This document shows, piece by piece, positions 36,276-46,469 of a DNA stretch of 46,469 nt. Location: assembly GCA_000388065.2 (NCBI GenBank), contig KB932201.1. One strand, 5' to 3'. Made by a program: the position numbers and the translations under genes. This DNA comes from Fonticula alba ATCC 38817 (taxonomy: Eukaryota; Protista; Nucleariida). The notes beneath the pieces are model-generated. The model was given only the letters and a program-made list of their open reading frames with translations, was not told the origin of the DNA and searched no databases. Each line of letters starts with the position of its first letter. Within the stretch, counting starts at the first letter, position 1.

Positions 36276-37360
36276 CTGATCACATGTGTCTCTCCCGTGT
36301 GGCAGCCAGCACGTGCCCGTGCTTATGCGTTTTGTACGTCACAAACCCGATGAAATTGGGAATAAATAAATGGTAAATCTTTTCCCCCGGTCTTCCCCAA
36401 ATAAAGTCGTTGGAACAGAGGGACAGCACGATCCACCGGGGCGGGGGATCATCTCGCACGAGAGGCGGCCCTGAGGGAGTCGGGGGGAGGCCGGTATCCA
36501 TCCCGCCTGCTCCCTTTTTCGCTCTCCCCGGCGTGTTTTCCAATCGGGTGGGACCGAAGGTCTGTCCCTGTCTGTTGCTCAAGGCTCGGCCAAAGGCATG
36601 GGTTATTTTCGCGGCACCTTCCCCCTCCCTCGCCCCTCGTGGAACATTTCCCTCGCAGTGGCAGGCGGAGAGTCGAATATGTCCGGGGGAATGCCGGCCG
36701 CGGCAGGCGGAGGGGGCGGGTGTTCTGGGCGAGGTCCCGCGCGGGCGGGGTGTGGCGAGGGTGCTCCGGAGTGTCGTCCACCTAGGCAGGGGAGTTCCGC
36801 GGGAGGTGATCCAGCGCGAGTTTCCCCACTGGTTGTGAGAGCGAGGCCCAGGGGGGGGGGGGGAACAGGCCATCCCTTGGCTCCGCTCCCCTCCGGATGC
36901 CGACGGGGGTGGCCCAGTGACGGGTGGACGGGGCTTGCACCTGGCAGTTGCTCGGGGCCTTGCGCGGCCGGCAGCGTGAGGGAGGCAGGCGCCCGGGGGG
37001 GGGGGGGGCTTGGCCGGGGGCGAGGCCCTTGGGGGGGAACTCAGCCGGGGCGACTACCTGGGGGGGGGGGGGAGGCGGGGGGCGGGAGGCGTGCGGCACC
37101 CGAGAGTCTGTCCCTTGCCCCGCAGGCGCCGGTCTGGCGGGGGGCCAGTCCCCGTTTGTCCCTGCCCCAGCGACGGGGGGGAGGGAAGGGGGAGGGGGAG
37201 ACGCCGCGCACCGGCGGCGGTTTTACCGCGGGAAGCCCATCCTGGCGCCAGGCCAGATGCTGAAGAGAGCCCGCGGCGGGCTTCACCTGTGCCAGGTTTC
37301 GGTCTCCAGTTGTGTGTTTGTTGTTTTTTTTAACTTAATCACTCGCACAAATCAGACATC
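36276..37360. promoter_or_regulatory. Putative divergent promoter region between UBA3 (-) and RPL23A (+)
   Basis: The two start codons face away from each other about 1.1 kb apart. There are AT-rich patches (aataaataaa at ~36361, ttttttaacttaatc at ~37325) and a TACGTCA CRE-like half site at ~36335. Function is inferred from position only. Confidence 0.4.
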
Positions 37361-39222
37361 ATGGCCCCCAGTTCGTATCCTCCCCTCCCCTCCCCTCCCC
37401 CCCTTTCCTGCTATTGCACCCTCCTCCCCCCCTGCTCGACCCTTCCTCTGGCCGGCTGGCCGCCGCAGGAATGTCCCTGCCCCTGCTGCTCCCTTCGCCC
37501 TGGGTGGAGGCCGCGCGACGTCCTCCCTCGCTGCTTCTCTCCTGCCGTCGTCCTCGCATCCGTTCATCCCTCCTCCTGAGGGAGGGAGTGAGAGACACAC
37601 CGTTTGTGCATGTCTCTCTCTCTCGGCAGGCTCGCTCCTTTCCCATACTTTCGCCTCTCGTCGCCTTGCTCCCCGCCTCTTTGCAACGCATGCCTCACTC
37701 CTCGGACGCGGGCGGCTTCTCGACGCTCGCCCGGCCTCTCCTTGTCCGCGCACCCGTGCCTTCGCCCCGGACCGCTCCCCGCCCGGATTCCCCCTTCCCG
37801 AGTTCCCATCAGTCAGGTGGCCATCAACAGGCATGGGCTCGTCCCGCGCGCGCGCGCGCGGTTCACGGCGCAGGTGTGCCCTGGATTGCTGGTCGCTTGC
37901 CTGTACTCGCGCGTGCGCATGTGTGATGGTGTGCTGCCTGGCCTCTCGGGGAAGGGGCGGTTCCGTCGGAGATCGGCTTCGTGGCGCCGGTGCGCCATCC
38001 AGGAGTGTGCCCGGGCGCCGCGCGGAATGCCGCGATATCCCGCCTCTCCTCTCCGAGGGGGAGGACTATCTCTCTCTCTCTCTCCCCCACTTCCGAGTGT
38101 GTGGCATGCGTCATCGAGGCCGGGGTAACAAGCAGGCACGCGGGGGGCGCCAGACACGGGACATGTGCGCCGCGGCTGTGTGTTGATGGTGATGCGTGTC
38201 GTCGGTCCCAGCTCAAGTCGGGAGTGCACGCATCGGATTCAACTCGCATCCGACAGTGGGGCATGTGTGTATGTGCGCGCGCGCGAGTGATGAACGTCAG
38301 AGAGAGGTGCCCCTCTCGCAACGGAGAGAGGCGTCGACGGCCGGGCAGAGCAGCCTCCCCCCCGGATCCGAGGCAGGAGGAGCCGGTCGTCCAGTAATGC
38401 GTGTGGGGCCACGCCCAGGGCGCGCCATGGCTATTTAAGTGGCGGTCCTGGCAGTCGATGCGGCCGGCAGGCTTCCTTTCCTCTTCTCCCTCCCTCTTTC
38501 CTCCTGTGCTCGCTCACTCTCCCGCGGCGTGTGCATCCTCTCTGACCTTCTCCCCTCTTCCTCTCCCCCCGCCTCACTCGCACACGATGTCCTCCTCCTG
38601 CCGTGGCCCTCGCACAGCCGGTGTCTCCAAGGCCACTCTCAAGGCTCAGTCCGCTCAGAAGGCTAACGCCAAGGGTATCCAGGCTAAGACCCAGCGCAAG
38701 ATCCGCACCTCCGTCCACTTCCGCCTCCCCAAGACCCTTTCTCTTGCTCGTGCCCCCAAGGTCCTCCGCAAGTCCATCCCCTCGGCCACCGCCCTTGACG
38801 CCTACACCATCGTCAAGTTCCCGCACAACTCCGAGGCTTCCCAGAGCCAGATCGAGGCCCACAACACCCTCGTCTTCATCTGCGACGTCCGCTCCAACAA
38901 GCACCAGATCAAGCTTGCCCTCAAGTCCCTCTACGACATTGATGCCTCCAAGATCAACACCCTGATCACCCCGTCTGGTGTCAAGAAGGCTTTCGTCCGC
39001 CTCGTCCCTGAGCAGGATGCCGCCGCTGTTGCCTCCAACGTACGCCACGGATGCGCTCTCTGCTTGCTGTCACCCTGCCACGTTGCCGCGCGCTTCTCTC
39101 TCTCTCTCTCTCTCCCCCGTGTCCATGTGTCTGTGTGCTGACCTGCTTTCGCCTCGCGCGTGCCGCCCCCCCCCCCTCCCTCCTTCCTTTCTTTCTCGTC
39201 CCTTCAGATTGGCCTCAACTAA
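37361..39222 (+). CDS. RPL23A: 60S ribosomal protein uL23 (L23a/L25)
   Basis: The body at 38618..39039 plus 39208..39222 reads KIRTSVHFRLPKTL, LDAYTIVKFP, IEAHNTLVFICDVRSNKHQIKLALKSLYDI, KINTLITPSGVKKAFVRL and VASN|IGLN*, with strongly C-ending codons. The preferred first exon is 37361..37370 (ATGGCCCCCA|GTTCGT), giving MAPTGVSK. An alternative in-frame ATG lies at 38587. Confidence 0.95.
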
Positions 39223-40363
39223 GTGATGAGCCCCTTTCCCCTTTCGCAGGCTCGCTCCGGCCGGAGGATGGATTTCTTTCTTCCTGGGGTTTCGCCTAGA
39301 ATATAGCTCGTTTCTGCAAAGAAAGACTTTCCCCCCCTCCCCGCTTTCTCGTGTGCTGTGGCGCTCTCGCGTGTCTGTCTGTGTGTGATCTCCATGTCAT
39401 GGGGGGGGGGGAGGAGGCTAGCTGTGTGTGATGGGCTCGCGGGGAGGGAGGTCGGTGCTGGTGGTGTTGTGCGCGCGTACGCGCGCGGCGGCCATCCATG
39501 GGTTTCCTCTGGCACGGAGGCGGCGGGGCGCAGCCCGGGGGGGGGGGAGGGGGGCGGGAAGACCCTGCCAGGGGGCGCCATGTTCGGCGGCAGAGGGTGG
39601 GAGTGGGAGGGAGACGACATCGCGCCGCCTGGGCCGGACTTCACGCACGTAAAAGGATGGGGCGGAGGGGGCGCCTTGCCGCTGTGTGTACCGACGGGTT
39701 CCCAGGCCGAGGGGGCGAGTGGTCGTTGTGCCGGTCGCCGTGCCGCGTCCTATCGCTCCCAATCCACCCGTCCTGTGATCCCCCTCAGATCGCGCTGTCG
39801 GCGGTGGCTCTGTGGTCTTGGCCCCCCGTCATCATCCCCCACACTCGCAGAGTACCTTCCTGGCCCTTTGGGCGCCGCGCGCACCGTGAAAGGGAGAGCG
39901 GCTCACGGTCGTGTATGGTGTTTCCGTTCCGGCCATTGTCTCGCGTCCCTTGCGGCCAGCGCGAGGTGCCGGTCCGCGTCCCGGGTCCCCCGGCGAGGTG
40001 TCCACCTCCGTGTTCTCCTTGTCCAGCATCTCCCGGTGGGAGGGGCCCTTGTCTGCCAGGGGGACGGCGTCGCACGGCCGTCCCCACATGCCAACGGATC
40101 ATCATAAGCGATTCAAGTTAAGGGAGTTAATTATTGCACCACATCCCTCCGGAGATGTCCGGCACCCGAGGTCGCCCGAGGTTGCGTGCGTCCTACATCC
40201 TGGAGGCGGGGTAGAACAGCCAGAGTGGATTGTATATGTGTGTGTCTATCTGTGTGTGTGTGTGTGTATTTGGATATGGGGATGGGACGGGGCCTTGGCG
40301 TAACGGGAGGCAGGGTGCCGCCCGGCCTCCGTCGCGCTCTCTCCGATTGGGCACGTGCCACCT

Positions 40364-40597
40364 TCAATGCCGATTGTTGACCCTGGCAAATGCAAGGACC
40401 AGGAGCAGCAGAAGAATCGCGGCCAGCACGGCAGCTCCGAGGACCATCCGCGCGCGAAGGCACCCGGCTCGGCGAGCGACTTCGGCCGGATCGGCCTCTT
40501 CGTCCTCATCCTCGTCATCCGGTCGGCGGCGGTATCGGTGGAGATAGTCGGGTGGCCGTACAGGCCCGAGGCCCAGGGGCTTTGGTCGGGCGGTCAT
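40364..40597 (-). CDS. Candidate small single-pass membrane protein (77 aa; ~95 aa if spliced to an exon near 40131..40198)
   Basis: MTARPKPLGLGPVRPPDYLHRYRRRPDDEDEDEEADPAEVARRAGCLRARMVLGAAVLAAILLLLLVLAFARVNNRH*. It has an A-rich start context (aataaaATG), an acidic tract and a ~21-residue hydrophobic helix. No homology recognised. Confidence 0.55.
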   Translation of the reverse strand: MTARPKPLGLGPVRPPDYLHRYRRRPDDEDEDEEADPAEVARRAGCLRARMVLGAAVLAAILLLLLVLAFARVNNRH

Positions 40598-40868
40598 TTT
40601 ATTCGGCCAGAGGGTGTTGTGGTCTAAGTGTGTGCAGGAAGGACACGTCCGGATGGAGGCACGTGTGCGATGCATGGGAGGGGCGCAGGTAGGGTAACCC
40701 TAATAAAGTCAAGAGGGGCGACTGCCTCATATGTGCTTCATCACATGGGCCTCACGCGGACGAGCCACTGCCACGGCGGTTGGGAGCTGATTCCTGTCCT
40801 CTTCCCGCCCCGGTCGCTGGGACGCCGGGTGCCTCCCCTGGCAGGCCCGCCAGGCCACCCTTACACCC

Positions 40869-40870
<2 letters not shown>

Positions 40871-40905
<35 letters not shown>
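40871..40905. repeat. 35-nt poly(C) homopolymer abutting an assembly gap
   Basis: Seen directly; followed by Ns at 40906-41012. Confidence 0.9.
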
Positions 40906-43291
40906 NNNNNNNNNNNNNNNNNNNNNNNNNNNNNNNNNNNNNNNNNNNNNNNNNNNNNNNNNNNNNNNNNNNNNNNNNNNNNNNNNNNNNNNNNNNNNNN
41001 NNNNNNNNNNNNCCCGCTTGCACCCCTCGCCTCCGTCCCTCCTACGTCGACGCCACTGTGGGGGGGGGGGGGGGCGGGGCACCAAGGCGAGGGTTGCAGT
41101 GGGCCGGGGGACGCGGGGCGTGGAGGGACCACACGCACACACATTGTGTCTACAGTCACTTATTCAGGGGCCAGTAAGGGCACTCCGGCTGGCGTACCCG
41201 GCACCGGGGGTGGGGGGGGCCAGGGCGCTGGTGAAGGCGGCGGCCACACGCGCGATGGATGATCATCTCGCCGGGTGGCGCGCCCCTCTCGACCCCAGTC
41301 GAGATATTGTTGTTGTTGTTGGTGGTGGAGCTGTTGTTTTCCCTGGCTGGAGACACTGCAGCCCCCCCCCCCCCCCGCTGAAGGCCATGTTCGCCGCACG
41401 GTCGCATAGGCGTATGCGCGGAGCCCGCCAGGGCGCCCCGGCTGCGACTCGGGCCGCCACGAAGGCGTCTTGAGCCTGGGCGGCCGCCGGTGGAAAGACC
41501 CGCATGTAACTAATGTGCGACCACCAAAGGGCCCCTGGGGCGCGGGGCTTGGCCCTCTCGGCCGTGCGGTTCCCCAGGGAGGGGGCGCTGCTCCCCCATT
41601 TTGCACACGCGGTCGGTCGGCCCTCACGCCCCTCCCCGGGGCAGGAAGGGGGGCGGGTCGTCCGCCCTGGCCGCCAAAGGGGGCGCCCATGTTGCGGGCT
41701 CTTCGGGGGTGGAGCCGAGGGGCCGGTCTCTCCTCGGGCAGGCGGCACTCAGCGCGCAGGGGCCGACCTAACCTTTTCCTTGGACCCTGCCACCGGTGGC
41801 ATTCGGGGAGGCCCCCCATCCTGGCTTTTTCGTCAACCCGCTCCAGGCGGAGACGGGCGGGGGGGAGCCGGTCAGCACTGTTTTCCGCCAACGCGGCCTG
41901 CAGACGCCAAGATGCCTGTAGAGACGCATGTCCATTATTCCGCCCGCCCCCCCCCCAGAAGCGAGACACGGCACCTCGCCGAGCCTCCACAGCCGTGAAC
42001 TAAAGCCGTGGCGTTGCCCCCTGCCCCTGTCTCCCGGCATGAGCCGAGGGCGCATCATCGCGCACGCTGCCTTCGGCAGGCCCCCCCCGCCCCGCTGCAA
42101 TGGAGGGTGGTTTGCGAGCTTGCCTCCTCCGGTCACCGGCTCGCATCAGACAGGTAACCGTTTTCGCCGGCCGGGAGGAGTACACGGTTGGGGGGGGGGG
42201 GGAGATGATCAGCACGCCATGAAAGGGCGGAGGGCGGGGCGGTTGACCCATCGACGAGCTGCCGGCCGCTCTGTTCATCTCCCCCCCCGGGGGGGGGGGG
42301 GCCACCCCAACCGCGGGCGTAAAAAGCCAACCCAAGAGGGGATCATTAATATAGCCCGCAGTTCGGGCGTTCACGTTTTCAAGCACCCCGCCTGGCACCC
42401 AAAACAGGCCCACCTTGCCTTTTCCACGAGACTCGGCAGACCACTTGCGGCGATGGCCGGACATTTCCCGTGGCACAAGGCGGGGGGGGGGGGGGGGGCA
42501 TTCCTCTGGTGGATATTATCGCCCGATGGGTAGAGTGAACCTAGGAGGAGGGCCCGGGTGGCGGGAGGTCACCAAGGGAGAAGGAGGGATACAGGGAGAG
42601 AGAGGGTGCGGGCGGGGCGGGGCACCGACGAGTATGCGTCCCATTCGTCGGCCCTTTTTCCATGGTCCCCCCTGCCCTGGGGAGGGGAGATGACAATACC
42701 GGAGCCGGGAACGGTTTCGGCGACCGGCTGGGCGGGGGGGGGGCATGTGCCCACCGATCGGGGAGCATGCGCATGTTGTGGCCCGTGCCCGACGCGCGAA
42801 AAACGGTGTGAGTACGCGCGCGATCCTACCCGCGGGAGCAGTTTTCCGCCCCACCAGGCTCAGCACGGCGATGTCCCATTGGGTGGCCGGCGCCGGTGCG
42901 CCTGCGAGAGAGGTGCCCCGCCCTTTTTTCGGCCCCGACATCGGCTCAGCGCCCACTGGCAGCCTCCAGCGCGCTCCACTCCCCCTCCCCCCCCCTTCTC
43001 CCCCCCCCCCACACCTGCCTCTTCCTCCGAGCAAGCACCCCCCCCCCTCTCGCCCTTTCTCCATCACCGGAAGCGCCTCCCTGTCCAGAGGATGGCCGAG
43101 TCGCCGAGGGACCTTTGCCTCGACCTACCTGCCCCGCTGCCGGCCTGATCCCCCGGGATACACAGCGGTAGAGGCGCTCTTTCCCCTTTCCCTCCTCTTC
43201 CTTTGTTTCTTCTCGTGGGGCGCGGCGCTCCCCCCTGTTGCGCCGGAGCTCCGACCGCTTCTTTTAGGCCCATTCGGGGGCTGCCTCCGTA

Positions 43292-46247
43292 ATGACACAG
43301 GGTACCATCGTTTATCTCTATAAAGAGGCCCTCTGGTACGTTTCCTTCTCCCTCCCCCCCCCTCTCTCTCTCTCTACCTGTCCATGACTGTTCTTGTGCC
43401 ATGTCCCGGCGCTCCGGCAAGCACCCCCTCCCCTCCACCCCGCTCCTGCTAACGTCGCACCCTCCACCCCCTCTCCCCCTGTGTAGCTCGATACTTGTTC
43501 CTCGGCGCGAGGATTTCGCCCTGATCCAGGCCCTCCTCCCGAAGTCTGATGCCCCCTCGAATGTGTATTTTGTCCAGCATGATGTACGTCCTGTCCTTCC
43601 TCCCAAAATGAGACACTCCACAGCTGGTATCGTAAATTCCCAAAACTGACAGCCTCCCCCCCTCCTCTCCGCCTCCTTCCCTTCCCCTTGGTACCGACAA
43701 CAGGACACCTACCTCCCGGTCCGCTCGAAAGAGGACTGGGCCCTGGTGTTGAAGCATGTGTCGGATGATGCATCCATTTATCTCATCATCGAGGAGGCCA
43801 CGTCCTCTGGGGGCCAGCGAAATGCCGCTGGTGCGCTTTCTTTCCCTCTCCCCCCTCCCGCTGCCCCCTTCATTCCCTGTCTCCTATCCTGCCCGCCCCC
43901 TGACCGTTCACTTTTGGCGCTCCCCCCTCCGGTCCTCCTCGGGTGGCTCAGGTGGTCCACTCAACTCAAATGCCCCCACCCCCGGGCAGGTGTCGCCGGC
44001 GGGCGACTTCCCACGGTCCATCTCTCCGCATTCCTTCGGACCGGTTTCTCTGACCAGCACGTCGATTTCCCTGCCAAGCGACTCCTTCCGCCCGGACTCG
44101 CCGTCGGGATCTCGCCTTGGTAATGCTGGCGCCCGAGGGGGCACCGCCAATGTCGGTGGCTCGGCCACCGGGGGCGGTCAATCCCCCACCCCCTCGGCCG
44201 ACAATGTCACACCGCCCCCGCAGCGACTCTACGGGGACTTGGGTCAGGGCGGTCGGAGGCAGTCTTCCTCCCTCTCGCTGCCAGTTGACTCGATTAGCCC
44301 CCATGGGAGCTTACAATCATACATTGCCGGCGGCAATATGCCCTCATTCGAGGGGGCGGGCCTGGCGCTCGGGCAAGCTCGTCATGCGGCACCTATCCCG
44401 CAGCAGGGCAGCTCCTCTCAGCATCATCAGCAGCACTACTTCCAGCCCCAGCAGGCCCATCACGGTCACCGGTCCTCCTCCTTTGGGACCAGTGGCTCGG
44501 ACATTTCTTCCATGCCTCGACCCCCCGCTGGCGTGTCACCGTCTGCCTCTTCAGTTGGGCAGCTCCTGCGCAATGGCTCTCAAGGGTCCATGGGTGTTCC
44601 TGGTGGCGGGCCCAAGCCGGCTGGCGATGCCGGACAACAGGGCCACCACCACCACCACCACCACCACCACCAGCAGCAGCAGCAACAGCACCAGCAACCA
44701 CAATATTACCCCTCGGGAGCTGCCCAGTCACAGCCATCGTCCCAACCGCCATTTCCGATGCAACAGCGTCGTCGACCCCGACGCGAGTCCAATCCCCAAA
44801 TCCCGATGTCGCGTTTCGGCCTCATGGCTCCCGACAGCCCGGCTCTGCCATCGTCCTTCATTGCCTCCTTCTCGTCCGATCGTTTTGCCGCCCCGGGATC
44901 ATCACTGAATGTCGGCCTGTCACCTGCCTCCTCGGCCTCCTCCATTTCCTCGATCTCCTCCGTCGCCAGCACCGCGTCCGGGTACTTGGCAGCACAGGCC
45001 CACCATGCGGCGGTGGCGGCAGCGGCAGCGGCAGCGGCCACGTCGGGCACATTTTGCATCGGCGGGAGCTCCAACAGCCTGGCTGCCGGGGCGGCTGGCC
45101 TCCCGGCCACCATGGCCAATGGCATGGACCCCGATGGGCAGGATGAGAATATGTATGTCAAGGGGGCCCTGCTCGGACGCGGGGCATACGGCCAAGTATA
45201 TCTGGCCATCCGGGCATCTACGGGCCAGTTCTTCGCCGTCAAGGATGTCCCCCAGAGTGATTATGCCAATACTCAAGCGCAGCAGGCTCTGCGCGAGGAA
45301 ATCCGCCTCTTCAGCCAATTATCCCATCCGCACATCGTCAAGTACATTGGTATCTCGGTGTCGGCGTCGACGGTATCCCTCATGATGGAGTATGCCCCGG
45401 GCGGGTCGCTGGCCACTTTCATCGGGCGTTTTGGCCCGGTCCCGGAGCCCCTTGCCTCGAGTTTCATGCACCAGTTGCTGCAAGGACTGCATTATCTTCA
45501 CTCGCGAGACATCATCCATCGCGACATCAAGGGTGGCAACATCCTGTTGGATTCCACGGGCCGAGTAAAGTTGGCGGACTTCGGGGCTTCAAGACACTTG
45601 AAGGTGCGTGTGTGTGTCTGTGTGTGTGTCTCTCTGCGTGTGTGTGCATATATCTCCTTGCTCTCAACAAGGGAGCGTCTTCCTTTCTTTCACTGACACT
45701 GTCTCATGCCCGTGGCTTGTTTCCATCCCTCCTACCTCCCCCCTTCCTCTTCTCGGTCCCGTGTGCATGTGTGCAGTCCATCACCTCCTCCGGACCCAAA
45801 TCCATCCATGGCACGCCGAACTGGATGGCCCCGGAGGTGTTCCAGTCTGATGAGGCCCACACCTTCAAGTCGGACATCTGGTCACTGGCTTGTACGCTGA
45901 TTGAGATGCTTTCCGGGAGAACCCCCTTCCCTGGATTGAACATTGTTCAAATTGTCTATCGGCTATCAACTTTCGAGCCACCAGAGTTCCCGGACGCCTG
46001 CAGCCCCGCCGCGCGGAATTTCCTCCAGCGTTGCCTGACCTTCGACTATAATGCACGTCCCTCTTGTGAGGTCCTGCTCCTGTCGGAGTTTGTCCTCCCT
46101 CCGGCCCACCAGCAAGACAGCTCCTCCCTGGACCTGTCGGGCGACCTGTCCTCTCCCAGGGACTTTTCAGATCCAGCCTCGCGTGATATCCTACACTCGG
46201 CTTTCCGGCAGCAGCAACAGCATGCCCAATTCCAGTACCAACAGCAA

Positions 46248-46282
<35 letters not shown>

Positions 46283-46397
46283 GCAATTGCTCCTCCTGCG
46301 CGGTCGAAACCGAGCGCTGTCCTTCTCCTCCGATGTCCATCCCTCCCTTCCGGCACCGGCGTGCGTCGCGAGCCCCACCCCGGCCCCGCGCTTCTAG
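43292..46397 (+). CDS. STE11-family MAP kinase kinase kinase with probable N-terminal PB1 domain (MEKK2/3-like layout), ~846 aa
   Basis: join(43292..43335,43487..43583,43704..43830,43952..45603,45777..46397) is 2541 nt. Kinase motifs: LLGRGAYGQVY, FFAVK, EEIRLFSQLSHPHIVKY, MEYAPGGSL, IIHRDIKGGNILL, KLADFGASRHL, GTPNWMAPE, SDIWSLACTLIEMLSGRTPF and RP. The first three small exons are inferred from GTACGT/GTGCGC donors and phase. Confidence 0.9.
46241..46286 (+). repeat. CAG/CAA repeat encoding the C-terminal polyQ of the MAP3K
   Basis: cagcaacagcagcag... is in frame with QQQQQQQQQQQQQQQQ. Confidence 0.9.
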
Positions 46398-46469
46398 ACC
46401 AGCTCGGACCAAGGACCGCGAGGGATGCATCGGCGTATACGAGGCCAAGGTGGTATTTACCCCCCCCCC

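Noticed and set aside
38287-38293. C-box GTGATGA in the RPL23A long intron (another at 39223)
   Set aside because: There is no CTGA D-box or terminal stem within a typical snoRNA length, so it cannot be called a snoRNA.
16494-39222. Co-location of transportin with its known cargo class (rpL23a) and with splicing factors as a functional cluster
   Set aside because: These are housekeeping genes in mixed orientation 16 kb apart; nothing in the sequence supports more than coincidence.
35-46448. Hundreds of long overlapping and antisense ORFs in the track (e.g. 5216..6289 +, 6217..7290 +, 15762..17210 +, 36924..38186 +)
   Set aside because: High GC makes stops rare. These frames are Arg/Pro/Gly/Ala-rich shadows of real genes or of repeats, with no motifs.
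1-46469. tRNA, rRNA, snRNA, transposon or CRISPR features
   Set aside because: By eye I found no T-loop/cloverleaf, no U1/U2/U5/U6 signature with correct flanks, no transposase or RT motif, no terminal repeats and no repeat-spacer array. A covariance-model search could still find diverged RNAs.

Overview
A GC-rich, intron-rich eukaryotic genomic window with seven N gaps. The gene set and style point to a unicellular opisthokont resembling Fonticula alba (inference only). Splicing the exons by hand gives eight multi-exon protein genes: an SFSWAP-like splicing factor (-), an orphan protein (-), a ~1620-aa RING/B-box/B-box/coiled-coil TRIM-like protein (-), transportin-1 (-, first exon probably in a gap), PRPF31 (+), an Ino2-like bHLH factor (-), UBA3 (-) and RPL23A (+). 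A ninth is a STE11-family MAP3K with a probable N-terminal PB1 domain (+). There is also a candidate small single-pass membrane protein with a PPxY motif (-). I found no tRNA, rRNA, snRNA, transposon or CRISPR array. The strongest cross-gene signal is the splice donor: all 43 tallied 5' splice sites have a pyrimidine at +4 (33 C, 10 T, 0 A), against the canonical GTRAGT, which suggests altered U1/U6 recognition. Other highlights are the TRIM-like protein with two coiled-coil blocks, a fungal Ino2-type repressor-interaction motif, and a UBA3 that appears to lack its E2-binding domain. All models and alignments were made by eye, with no database search.
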